Assembly: GCF_021028975.2 (NCBI RefSeq)
Contig: NC_059429.1
Coordinates: forward strand, 139,190,001-139,254,000
Direction: 5' to 3'
Source: Sphaerodactylus townsendi
Taxonomy: Eukaryota
DNA: 64,000 nucleotides
The notes beneath the pieces were generated by a model. The model did no database searches, had not been told where the DNA came from, and worked only from the letters and a program-made list of their open reading frames with translations. A program made the translations under genes and the position numbers. Each line of letters starts with the position of its first letter. Position 1 is the stretch's first letter. This document shows, piece by piece, positions 1-10,800 of this stretch.

Positions 1-890
1 TCCATGGCTGGCATCTTCAGAGGAATGCCATTCTCCACTGTGCCACAGAGGGCAACACGTCTTGCCATCACATACCTCTGAAGATGCCACTCCTAACTTA
101 ACCCATCTCGGACACGTGCATTTGTTTGGTCTGCTGCTGGCTCCTTCTTGTTTCTCTCTGTGGCACAGTGATGGGAATGACATGACTGCCAGCCACAGAT
201 GTGGGTGGAACATTTGGAGCAAACACAACCAGGCTGCAGAGCCAGGAAAACCCACAACACTCCTTTCTCTCTTTGGCTTTCTTTGCTGGGTGTTCTATAC
301 TTGTTTCCCCCCATCTATGTGTGCATTTATTTCTCCCCCGAGATGTGTTCTGTGTAGATGTGTTTACATCTCCCATGCTCTTGGCTCAGTCTCCTGCAGC
401 TGCCGTTTGGTTGTGGTGCCCATGACCACGCTTCAAAAATGCAAAGGTGACTGCCGGCTGAAAGGAGATTGGAGAATCCTAGTTTTAGCACATCAGGAAT
501 CACGTGCCACATTCTGCGTGAGGCTGCTGTGATACCAGACCCCTGGCGTTGTTTATTCCAAGCCCAGTCTTGTTGACTGCATCAACATATCGAACATTCA
601 GCCCTGAGTCTCACCAAGAAAGAGAAGAAGAACAAAGACACCGCCTCTGCTATTAGACTGTCTCGGGTGCCCTGTAATCCCCCTTCCGCTGTAGTGAACC
701 AGCTGAGATACAAGTTTGTGAGTCTGTTTCTGGTTCCATCTAAAAGGTTTGAACTGCCTGGTGTGATGGCCAAGCCGGGATGCAAATGCCTCTCCAAATA
801 ACAAGGAAACACGGAAGTGTGCTCCCTCCCACCCAGCTCGGGACAGCGGAGAGAGGCCCCCACAAAGTCCCCCCCCCCCGCCCGCCTCAC

Positions 891-1618
891 CTGAGCTCTT
901 CTGCTCCTCCGGACCGTGGCGATCTTCTCGTCCAGGCTGGTCGCCTTCCTCTGCCGGGGAAGAACCGAAGAGCCCCCCCCCGCCCAGGAGACGGTGAAGC
1001 AGAAGCAGCGCGCGCACCACGACATGCACGAGCATTCCCCCATGCGCGCTACTGCAGACCCCGCGCCCCCTCCTCACGTTCCCCTCCTCCCCCCGCAGCC
1101 CCAAACACGCCCACGGGAAACCGGGGGGTTCAGCTCTAGAAGAGGAGCTGCCTCCGAGCCTCTCTGCGCTCTTGGCCGAGAGCGGCCCCGCCCCCCGCCC
1201 CCCGCCCCCCGCTCACCTTGCGCTTCAGCCGGCCCAGCGCCTCGGCCCAAACCCCGCCGCCGCCGCCGCCGCCGCCCGGCCCCGCCGCTTCCTCCCGCAG
1301 CGAACACAGATCCCCAGCACCCAGTCTCCTCCTCCTCCCTCCCCTCCCCGCAGGGGCTCTCCAGCAGGCCCAGCCCGGCCCGGCCGCTGCTCCTCCTGCC
1401 AAGCAGAGACCCTTGCGGCGGTCAGGCTCTACACGGCCGGAGGGGGGGGGGGAGGGGGGGTCCTGCTGCTGCTGCTGCCGCCCCCCCCCCGAAGGGTCCC
1501 CCCCCGCCCTTCCCCGCTCCCCACCTGGTCGCCCCCCCCCCTCCGAGTCCGTCTCCTCCTCCTGCTCCTGCTCCTGCTCGCCCCCTCGCCGCCACGGCCA
1601 GTCCTCCGCGGGGTCCAT
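891..1618 (-). CDS. DDX27: DEAD-box RNA helicase DDX27-like, first three coding exons (gene continues off the left edge)
   Basis: Exon 950-891 (60 nt; pyrimidine tract plus CAG acceptor, GTGAGG donor) encodes RKATSLDEKIATVRRSRRAQ, matching human DDX27 RAATTLDEKIEKVRKKRKTE. Exon 1395-1217 ends VWAEALGRLKRK (cf. SWALADVMSQLKKK). Exon 1618-1525 starts at ATG and is acidic (EQEEETDSE). Splice phases are consistent (1,0,0). Exons 1-2 are only weakly similar and the helicase core is outside the window. Confidence 0.65.
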
Positions 1619-1775
1619 GCGGCTCCTCCGGCGTCTGCTGGGCGGCCCCCGCGCACGCGCTCCTCCTTTCCCCTCGCGCACCTGCGCAGTGAGCAGACAG
1701 GAAAGCCACGCCCCGGGGCGGGGAGTGGGCGGGGCGTCGGGGCCTGCCGGCCGGCGGGTGGGCGGGGCCTGCGGG

Positions 1776-1793
1776 GAAGGCGAAAGCGAAAGC
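1776..1793 (+). promoter_or_regulatory. IRF-binding element (IRF-E/ISRE-like) upstream of the ZNFX1 ATG
   Basis: GAAGGC-GAAAGCGAAAGC; 1782-1793 fits the GAAA(G/C)(T/C)GAAA(G/C)(T/C) consensus. ZNFX1 is a known interferon-stimulated gene. Confidence 0.6.
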
Positions 1794-1877
1794 GGCCCCG
1801 GGACTCCCCCCAGCCAGCCAGCCAGCCAGCCGTCCAGCCAGCCCCGCTCCGGCGTGTGCGACGGCGGCTGCGTCGCC

Positions 1878-4800
1878 ATGGAGGCTGCCCGCCGGGGGAG
1901 GGTCGCGAGGGGCCGCGGCAGAGGTGAGGCCGAGCGGCAGGGGCCAGGCGACGCGTGTCGGTTGCCTGCGCACGGGCTGCGGAGGGGTCGTGTCGCGGGG
2001 GGGGGGGGGGCTGCTGCTGCTGGCGAGGGCGCCCGGGACGGGGACGGGGCTGCTCAGTCCCTGTGTGCTCCGGCCGTGGAGGTTGGGGGACGTGCCGGTG
2101 TTCGGCTCCAGAGGTAGACTGCCTTGGGACGGGGAGGTTCTTTTGGTCCCCCTGGAGGCAGCCCCGCGGCCGGAGCCCCAGCCTCGGGCTGCTCCGCTCG
2201 GGCAGCCCTTCGGGGCTGCTGGGCAGAGGTTCCCCACCCCCTCCATCCCCGCGTTGTGCCAGCCTTCCTCCCCCACTCCGCCCGGCACAAGACGGCTGGA
2301 GATAGCCGGGTCCGATCCTGCCAAGAGGCGGCAAAGGCGCTGCGCCCCCACCCCCCACCCCCAGCTTCCCCGCCAAGTGCCGGAGGCTTTCCTGCGACCC
2401 CGGGGCTCCTGGGGGGCGAGGGGAGGGCGCTGTTCCTCCTGCGATAAGCCGGGGAGGGGAGCGGACCGGGGCGGGGGGCTCCGAAGCTTGGGGCGCCTCC
2501 TGCCCTCAGGGGGCTCGAGGGATCAGCATCCCTTGGGGCCACGGAACGGCAGAGAAATCCCACCCAGCCAGGTGAATCCCTCCCCCTCCCCAGGCTAACA
2601 GAAAGGAAAGGAGCCAGGCGCCCCCCCCCCCTCCGCAAGGGGAAGTGAAAAAGGATGCCAGCAACTCCGCCCCACCCAGCCCCGCTGGCTCTGTCGTCCC
2701 CGTCCCCCCCCCCCCCAGATCAGCCAGGGAGAGAAGAACGGAAACCGAAAGTCACCGCAGTGAGGAGAAAAGAAACCCAGAGGAGGAGGAGGGAGGGGGG
2801 GAGGCAATTCAGGCAACCCTGCCTGGGAGCCCCCTGTGCCATCCAGCCGGGACCCCGGACCCCTGGGCCTCCAAGTGGAGCTTGTGGGGCTGGGTCTTTG
2901 GGGTCTGTGAGGTTTCTCACCCCAATTCAGGGGCGGGTTGCAGAGAACCACTTGGCTCCAGTTCATTTCTTCCTCTGCAGGCCGTCAAGTGACAGACGCG
3001 TGGCAGGAAGGGCCACGCCGCGACCTGGAGGGGCCATGGCGCCCCAGAAGAGAGGGGACCCCCCGCAATAGGAGCCCCGTTTCTCAAGCAGCCCGTCCCC
3101 ATCTGGCGATGAGAGAAGAGAGACCCGCCGGCTCAGGGAGGCTGATCCTGCCCCAAGACGGGGCTGCCAGACCCAGGAGGCAGCGTCCCGCCCAGGCTCC
3201 AGAGGCCTCGCGGAGGGCGGTCCCGTTCCCCGGTGGGAGAAGCAGGGCTCTTCGCCCCGGCCAGGACCCTGCATCAGGGGGCTCCCCACGCCAGCCACAG
3301 CGGATGGAACTGACGTTCCTGGAATCCCTCCTGCAGAAAGACCCTTCGGAAGTGGCCATCACTCTGGCCTCCAGCCCCGGCCTGAAGGAGGCGCTCTCAC
3401 AAGCCGCCATGAGTCCCGTCTTCCTGCAAGCTCTCTGCCAGGCCCTCCGCAGGGCCTGCAGCTCCCGGCTGGACAGGGGCAGCATCCAGCAACTGCTGGG
3501 CAGCGTGAAGGACTCCAACTTCCTCAAGATCTGCCTGCCTCGCTACGTGGCGGATATGCTGACGGAGGCCACCCCAGCGGTGCGGCACCAGTACCCGGAA
3601 CACATCGACAACATTGTGGTGCTGGTCCAGGAGATGGCCAGCATCTTCCCCGCCAGCTCCATTCAGAACGTGTCCATGCTGATGTCTTCCTTGCCGGAGG
3701 CCGTGAACACCCTGAGGGCCTCTGGAGTAGACTTCGCGGAGGAGGCGGAGAAGCGCCTGGAGACGGTCCAGGCCTTCATCCGGCACCTGCAGGAGAAGAG
3801 GCGGGACGGCACCTTGAAGGTGGACAGCCGCACCCTGGTGCACCCTCGAGCTCCTGGCGAGGGAGCTGCGTACCGCACCCTGCCCATCTACCCCACCCAC
3901 GGGGAGGTCCACGGGGACGAAAAGCCCTTCCTGCGCCCCAACATCATCTCTCAGAAGTACGAGAGCGCGGCCGTGTACCTGGACACCCAGTTCCGGCTGC
4001 TGCGAGAGGACTTTGTCCGGCCCCTGAGAGACGGCATCTTGCAGCTCCTCCAGAGCTTTGAAGACGGAGGGCTCCGGAAGAAGAGGTTCGACGACATCCG
4101 GGTGTACTTCGACACCCGCATCCTCCACCCGGTCTGCTCGGTGACTGGCATTGACTACGTGGTCCAGTTCGACACCAAGCCCCTGAAGCAGGTCCGGTGG
4201 GAGAACTCCAAGCGGCTGATCTACGGCTCCCTCGTCTGCCTCTCCAAGGACAACTTTGAGACGTTCCTGTTCGCCTCGGTGTCCCACCGAGACAGCCGGG
4301 ACCTGCAGAAGGGCCTCGTGCACCTGTGTTTCAACAAGCATAGCCGGGCCCTGCTGGCCGAAGCCGGCCCCAATGATTCCTTCCTCATGGTGGAGACGAC
4401 GGCCTACTTCGAAGCCTGCCGGCACGTGCTCAAGGGCCTGCAGGAGCTCCAGGTGGAGGACATCCCTTTTGAAGACCACATCGTCAAATGCGAGTCGAAC
4501 GTCAGAGCGCCTGCTTACCTGGCGAGGAACAGCATTTACGACCTCCGAGCTCTGGTGAAGGCTGACGGGGCAGAGAAGGGCCTAGGTGCCCTGGCCGCCG
4601 GGGGCAAAGTCAACATCTTGGACCCTGGCCAGTGGCTTCCTCCGGACCACTTGGGCCTGGATGCGTCCCAGATGGCAGCCTTACAGCTGGCCCTCACCAA
4701 GGAGCTGGCCATCATCCAGGGGCCTCCTGGGACAGGTGAGTCTGCCCCTGAGCTGGGGGCTGATGGGAGGGCAGAGCTCAGCTGTTTCCCCCAAGGCCTC

Positions 4801-7800
4801 AACTATTTCCATGGGGGCACGGAGCTCCTGGGCAGCCAGGGGCACCTGGCATGTGCCTAGCGGGGAAAGGGGCTCCTCCTCCCAGGGGGTGGGATTGCTG
4901 TGTGGGGAGGGGGCTGGGGAGGCACCGGCCAAGGATTCCAGTGGGCCCCAAAGTGGAGGGCGTCTTTCCCCAGAGCCAGAGCAACCATCTGGGGGCCAGT
5001 CTGGATGCAAACCGCCGGGGGACACGGCACAGCGTGACCTTTGCTCCCACCAGGCAAGACCTACGTGGGTCTGAAGATAGTCCGGGCCTTACTGGATAAT
5101 AGCACTCGGCGGGCAGCGGCTCCCATCCTGGTGGTCTGCTACACCAACCACGCCCTGGACCAGTTCCTGGAAGGTGAATGCCTGCCTGTGCCCCCCACCC
5201 TGGGCCCGCTAGAGCCCCCCGTGTGGCGGGAGGCGGACTTCAGGTGGGAGGCGGGGCTGCAACGAGGCTCCCGCTGAACTGACCGCATCCATCTTGTGAG
5301 TGGGGGGGGCCCCTCTTGCTCCCTGCCTGCGTTCACGCCTGCACTTCCTTCAAAGGGATCCACACATTCCAGAAAGAAGGGATTGTGCGCGTGGGCGGTC
5401 GCAGCAACAGCGAGAGCCTGCGGCCGTTCACCTTGCGGGAACTGCGGAACAAGTCTCGGAGCGACCTGCCACTCCACTTGCGCCGGGCCTATCATGAGGT
5501 ATGTGGCGGGGTGGGGGTGGGGCCGGGGCCAAGCGTGTGACTCCCTTTTGGTGACTCCGGCTTGAAGGTGGGCGTGTGTGCGTTCGTCAGGGGCGTACCT
5601 AGGCAAACTGGTGCCCGGGAACAAAACCTGAATTTGGTGCCCCCTCTGCCCGACGTATGAGCGGCCACCCTCCCCCACCATGACCAAACAATGATTTTTT
5701 GTACCAGCTCACAAAACACCTCCCATTCCCAGCAAAACATACATGGCTCTCTCCCCACCAACTCTTTTCCTAATTTCCTAATCACAACAACCCTATGAAG
5801 TAGGTTGTTAGCCTGAGAAACAACTCCAAGCCAGTGCAAGTGGGTATTAAGCATGTAAATCTCTCACAAATCACCCCCAGCAAAACATTTACCAAACAAA
5901 TGTCAGCATCATCTCTCACAAAACACCTCCAGTGGAATCCACCTCCAAACAGCATCACTTTCAATGGTGTTTAAACTAGGGTCACTGCTTACACACTCAG
6001 AAATTCTAGGGTCATGTGTGGTCACTGCTTACACACTCAGAAATTCCCCAGAATCTGCCAGGCTTTTCAGCAAGTTCTGTGGTGGGAAAAAATATTTTTC
6101 CCACCATAGACTTCAATGGGGCTTTCTGTTATGCCCAGCTCTGTGGTAGAGGTTTCAACAGGAGGCACTGTGGTAGTGGTCTTTCTCTGGGGCGGGGGGG
6201 CACTTATTTCCCGCAGGGCTGCTGGTGGGAGTCTCTCCTGAAGAGGAGCCAGCCAATCCTTTGCTAAAAGTTTGCCTGTGATGGCCTTTAATGCTGTGGG
6301 CATCAGGTTCACCTTCAACTCATTGCCCACAGCATTTTCCCTCTTTCAACACACATTTTAGCAAATTTGGCTGGACAACTTCAGGAGACTCACACCAGCA
6401 GCTAGCAGGGAAATGCCCCCCACCCAGAGCAAGATCCCTACCACAGTGCCTCCTGTTGGAAACCTCTACCACAGAGCCATCCTGGGCATAACAGAGTCCT
6501 CCATTGAAGTCTATGGTGGGAAAAATAATTTTTCCCACCACAGAACTTGCTGAAGAGCTCTGGCAGATTCTGAGGAATGTCTGAGTGTGTAAGCGCTTGG
6601 TAACTGCACATTTTTTGAAGATAGAGACGCCAGACTTTCAAGGTGGCTCCAAAGGCCTTGAGTAATAGCATCCAAGCTTGGTGAGGATTTGCTTCTGGAG
6701 TGCAAGGGGAGTTGAGAGAGTCTCTGAGGAGAATTCAGCGCACAGGCTTTCATGTGCAGGAGGGGGGGAAACAAAATAAGCCTTTTGGGGGCCCATAAAA
6801 TTGAACCCCCAGAAGCAAAGGTCTCCAAACCTGAATGCTATTACCAGGAGGCCCTCCTGGAGCCACCTTGAAAGTCTGGTGCCTCTATCTTCAAAAATGT
6901 GCAGCCTGCCTACACACTCAGAAATTCCCCATTGGCTACAATGGAGCAAAGTCACTGCAAAACAAAGAATCGTGGGCAAATTTCTTGGGGTGCCTGGAAG
7001 GGGTGTATTTTTAAAGCTAGTGGCACCAGAATTTCAGGGTATCATCTGTTAACTGTTCTTATGATTCCACCCAAGTTTGGTGAAGATAGGTTCAGGAGGA
7101 CCAAAGTTATGGTCCCTCAAATGGGTAGCCCCCATGTCAGGTTAGCTCCTATTGAAAACAATGGGGATGGGGCACCCCCTTTGGGGGTCCATAACTTTGC
7201 TTCCCCTGAACCAAGCATCACCAAATTTGGGAGGTATCATCAGGACAGTCTCTGGATGATACCCTGAAATTTTGGTGCCGCTAGCCTTAAAAATGCGTCC
7301 CCTGCAGGCTGGAACGTGAAAAAACACTTAAAAACTTGAAAAACACACAAACGACCCTGAAATGTTGGCGCCCCCCCACATGACCAAACGGGGGGCGCCC
7401 GGGGACAGAGGGTACCCCCTGTCCCTAGGCAGGAACGCCACTGGCGTTCATTCGTGTGCTGGTACTAAATCCCTGTTGGGGGTTGTCTCTGAATGCAGAA
7501 GACAAATTAGGAAGGTCTTCAGGACCTCCCTTTTGCTTAGAATTTTCTCGGGGGGGAGCTCCATAGAAGAATGGAAGAAATCTAGTCAGTTTCTCTGGGA
7601 CTGCGGCTGTCCACACATGAACTCTTCCTGCCGGGGTCTGTGGAGGGCTCCCGAGAAAGATTCCTCGTGCTTCCGCTGAGAGATCCTCGAAGGAACTTTT
7701 CCTGTCCTGCAGTGAGCCAGCGGGGTGACTCCGTCTGCTGACAGGGAGGCACATCTGGCGGAGACATTCAGAGGGCTTCGCAACAGCAGGCTGAAGACCA

Positions 7801-10800
7801 CCCCCCGCCCAGCCCTGACCTTGTGATTTCTTGGGCAGGTCACCAGCCAGATGAGGGAGCTGCAGCGGAGGCTGGAGGAATCAACCGCCTCGCTCAAGTG
7901 CAGCTTCCAAGGAATCCTTCATGAGCGCCACCTCCACTTGTCAAAGCCGCACCGGGACAGCCTCAGGCGGGGCGGGGTAAGGAGGGGGCTGTTTGGGGGC
8001 TGCCTCCTGGGGGCTCGGATTGCCCGGGGGAGGGGGAGGGCCAGCACAAGCAGGGGGCAGGCACTTCCTTTGCCTCTTCTGACAAGGGGGCTAAGAATGG
8101 AAGGCCCGGGGAGTGTGGGCGGAAGGCCCCGTGGGGGTGGTTCCTTTCTGGCTGTTGCCTGCACAGAGTGGCCCTTGGGAAAACAGCAAAGGATCGACGG
8201 GGCTGCTAAGGAAGCCCCTCCCCCCACCTGCTGTGCTGCTAGCCTGGCACGGCCAGCGCTGGTATGCTGCTCAAGGGCAGGGGGGCTAGCTCTGCCCCCC
8301 ACCTGAGCCCCAGGTGACCCACTCCTTCTCTTTTAGGACCTGACCTGGCTGCCCTCAGGGGCCTCTCTGATGGTGGAATGGCTGGGCCTCGGCTTCGCCT
8401 CTTTCGCCGGCAGCGACTTGGAGGCCAACGGGGAAGAAAATTCAGGTATTTGCAAACAGTATTTCCATCCTGCCTTTCTTGCAAGGACCCTCGGGTTCTT
8501 TGCCTAAGTTATTTTTTCCTTATTCTTACAACACTCCTGTGAGGTGGGCTAGGCTAAGCTCAGCAAGCTTGACTGGTTCCAGTGTGTTCCCTGGTCAGCT
8601 CCTCTGGGGTGGGGAGGGGGAGTTAGTGGGTGCACCCAGATATGGCAGTGGGGTCAGATCACCTGGAGGGCTTGCGGAACCTTTGATCCTCAGCCGCTCA
8701 CCTGGACCCCGCAGGCACTCCGGAGGAGGCGGAGGGAGCTCCGGAAGTGGAGCCGGACCTGCTCGCCATCGCAGAGGAGGCGGACCTGATCCAGGAGGAG
8801 CGCATGCTGGACAGCGACGAGGCCGCCCCTCCCCACTTTCTGAAGCAGGAAGCGCCCAGACGTGCCCCAGCTTGGCTTGCTGACATGCTCCTGGCCATGA
8901 CGTTGGAGGAGGGGGGGGAGGAGAAGACACAGGAACACGGGCCGCCCGGGGGGCTGGACAGCGCCGGCTGGGAGGTGAGAGGGGGGCTGTTGTGTGGGGC
9001 AGCCGAGGCCCTGCCCAAAGGCAGAGGTAGCCGTGGGGACGAGGGAAGGCCAGAAGGCAGGAAACCCAGGTGGGGGGCTGCTCAGTCTGCCCCACGGGCA
9101 CAAACCACCCCCGGCTCTTGCTGCAGGTGCAGCGAGGCCAGAAGAAGAAGATGAAGCAGAAGGTGAAGGCCGAACTGCACAAGCAGCAGGCCATGACGGA
9201 GGCCCAGGCGGAGGCCATCCTGGACGTGTGGCAGCTGGACCGGGCATCGCGCTGGCAGCTCTACAGGTAGCCGTCCTCTTGGGATGGGCGGGGGACCCCC
9301 AGCAGCTGTGGCCGGTGCTCACTGCCCGTCCCCTTTCCCTCCCCAGGCACTGGCTGCACAAGTACCAGGCTGAGATCCGGGGAAGGATCCTGTCCCACGA
9401 AGAGAAGTACCAGGAGGCGGCAGAGAGGCTGGCCGAGCTGCGGCTGCAGCAGGACCTGCGCATCATGCAGGGGGCCCACGTTGTTGGGATGACGACCACA
9501 GGTGAGGAGCGGGGAGGGCGGGGAAGGGCGGGGCTTTCTCTGCTCCTGAGCCCCCTCCCTGGAACAGAGCGTGGCCCAACCCCTCCTTCTCCCAACAGGA
9601 GCTGCCAGGTACCGCCAAGGTCTGCAGCAGGTGGCCCCTCGCGTGGTGGTTGTGGAGGAGGCTGCAGAAGTCCTGGAGGCCCACACCCTGACCACCTTGA
9701 GCAAGGCCTGCCAGCACCTCATCCTCATTGGGGACCATCAGCAGGTAGGGGGGGACCTGTCACAGCCCCACCCTGGGCTCCCGGCTGCTGCAGGTCGACC
9801 AAGACCACTTTCTGTCTCTCTTGGCAGCTGCGCCCCAGCACCAACGTGTACGACCTGGCCAAGAACTTCAACCTGGAGGTGTCCCTCTTTGAGCGGCTGG
9901 TGAAGGTCGGAGTGCCGTTTGTCCGCCTCGATTTTCAGGTGGGGTGCCACACCTGGGGCGTGGAGGGTCTCTCCGAGGCCCAGGACTGGAAACAGAGGGT
10001 GCTTTTCTTGACTGTAGTGACTGTGGCCCCCCCTCCCTCCCCAAAATGCTTGTTCTGTGTGGGAAGGGGGGGCTCCATCCCTGCAGCAGCCTGCGTGGTT
10101 TGCCCTGACAGCCCTGGACACTGACGCTTGCAGGGCTGATGTGTCAGCAGCGGTGCAGAGACCGAGCCCCACCTCAGCCTTCGTGGGCAGACGGGTGCTC
10201 TAATAGAGCAGTGATGGCGAACCTTTTCCAGGCCAAGTCCCCAAATTGCAACCCAAAACCCACTTATTTATTGCAAAGTGCCAACACGGCAATTTAACCT
10301 GAATGCTGAGGTTTTAGTTTAGAAAAAATGGTTAGCTCCAAGACGCGCGTTACTCAGGAGTAAGCTTGGTGGCTTTGCTTTGTAGTCAGTGGCTTTGCTT
10401 TGAAGCAACCATGCTATTCTTCCAATGGGTGTATCACGACCCTAGGAAGGTTTACTCAGAAGCAAGCCCTATTGCCGAGCTTACTCCCAGGTAAAGGGTT
10501 GTGCTTTAGTTCTTTGCATGAAAATCAGTGGGGTTTAACAGCGCTTAACAGGGTTACCTACACTGCTTCCCCAAAATTAGGACTTAGGTTTAATGCTAAT
10601 AATCAAGCCCAGCGACCCAGGCCAGCCTAGATGTGTGTGGGGGGCACTCTGTTTGCGCGTGCCCACAGAGAGGGCTCTGAGTGCCACCTCTGGCACCCGT
10701 GCCATAGGTTCGCCATCACTGTAATAGAGGGTGGGTTTTGCTGCCGCGCCCCTCGTGCCACTTAAAAGAGGAAGTGCTCAGGAGTCCTTGCTTGTTCCCT

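Larger units (their letters stand above)
860..2560. promoter_or_regulatory. CpG island / bidirectional promoter of DDX27-like (-) and ZNFX1 (+)
   Basis: Very high GC and CpG density. Divergent ATGs at 1618 (-) and 1878 (+). Several GGGCGGG GC boxes at about 1715-1768. Confidence 0.75.

Noticed and set aside
891-1051. Longer alternative DDX27 exon using the CAG acceptor at 1052
   Set aside because: Phase-compatible with exon 1 only, and the 60-nt exon with a better pyrimidine tract matches the human exon size.
916-2638. Many long overlapping Pro/Gly/Arg-rich ORFs (200-315 aa) on both strands
   Set aside because: Stop-poor CpG-island sequence; only the short spliced exons match real proteins.
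3397-4479. 360-aa antisense ORF (also 11455-12660 and 13173-14438)
   Set aside because: Shadow ORFs of the GC3-rich ZNFX1 coding strand.
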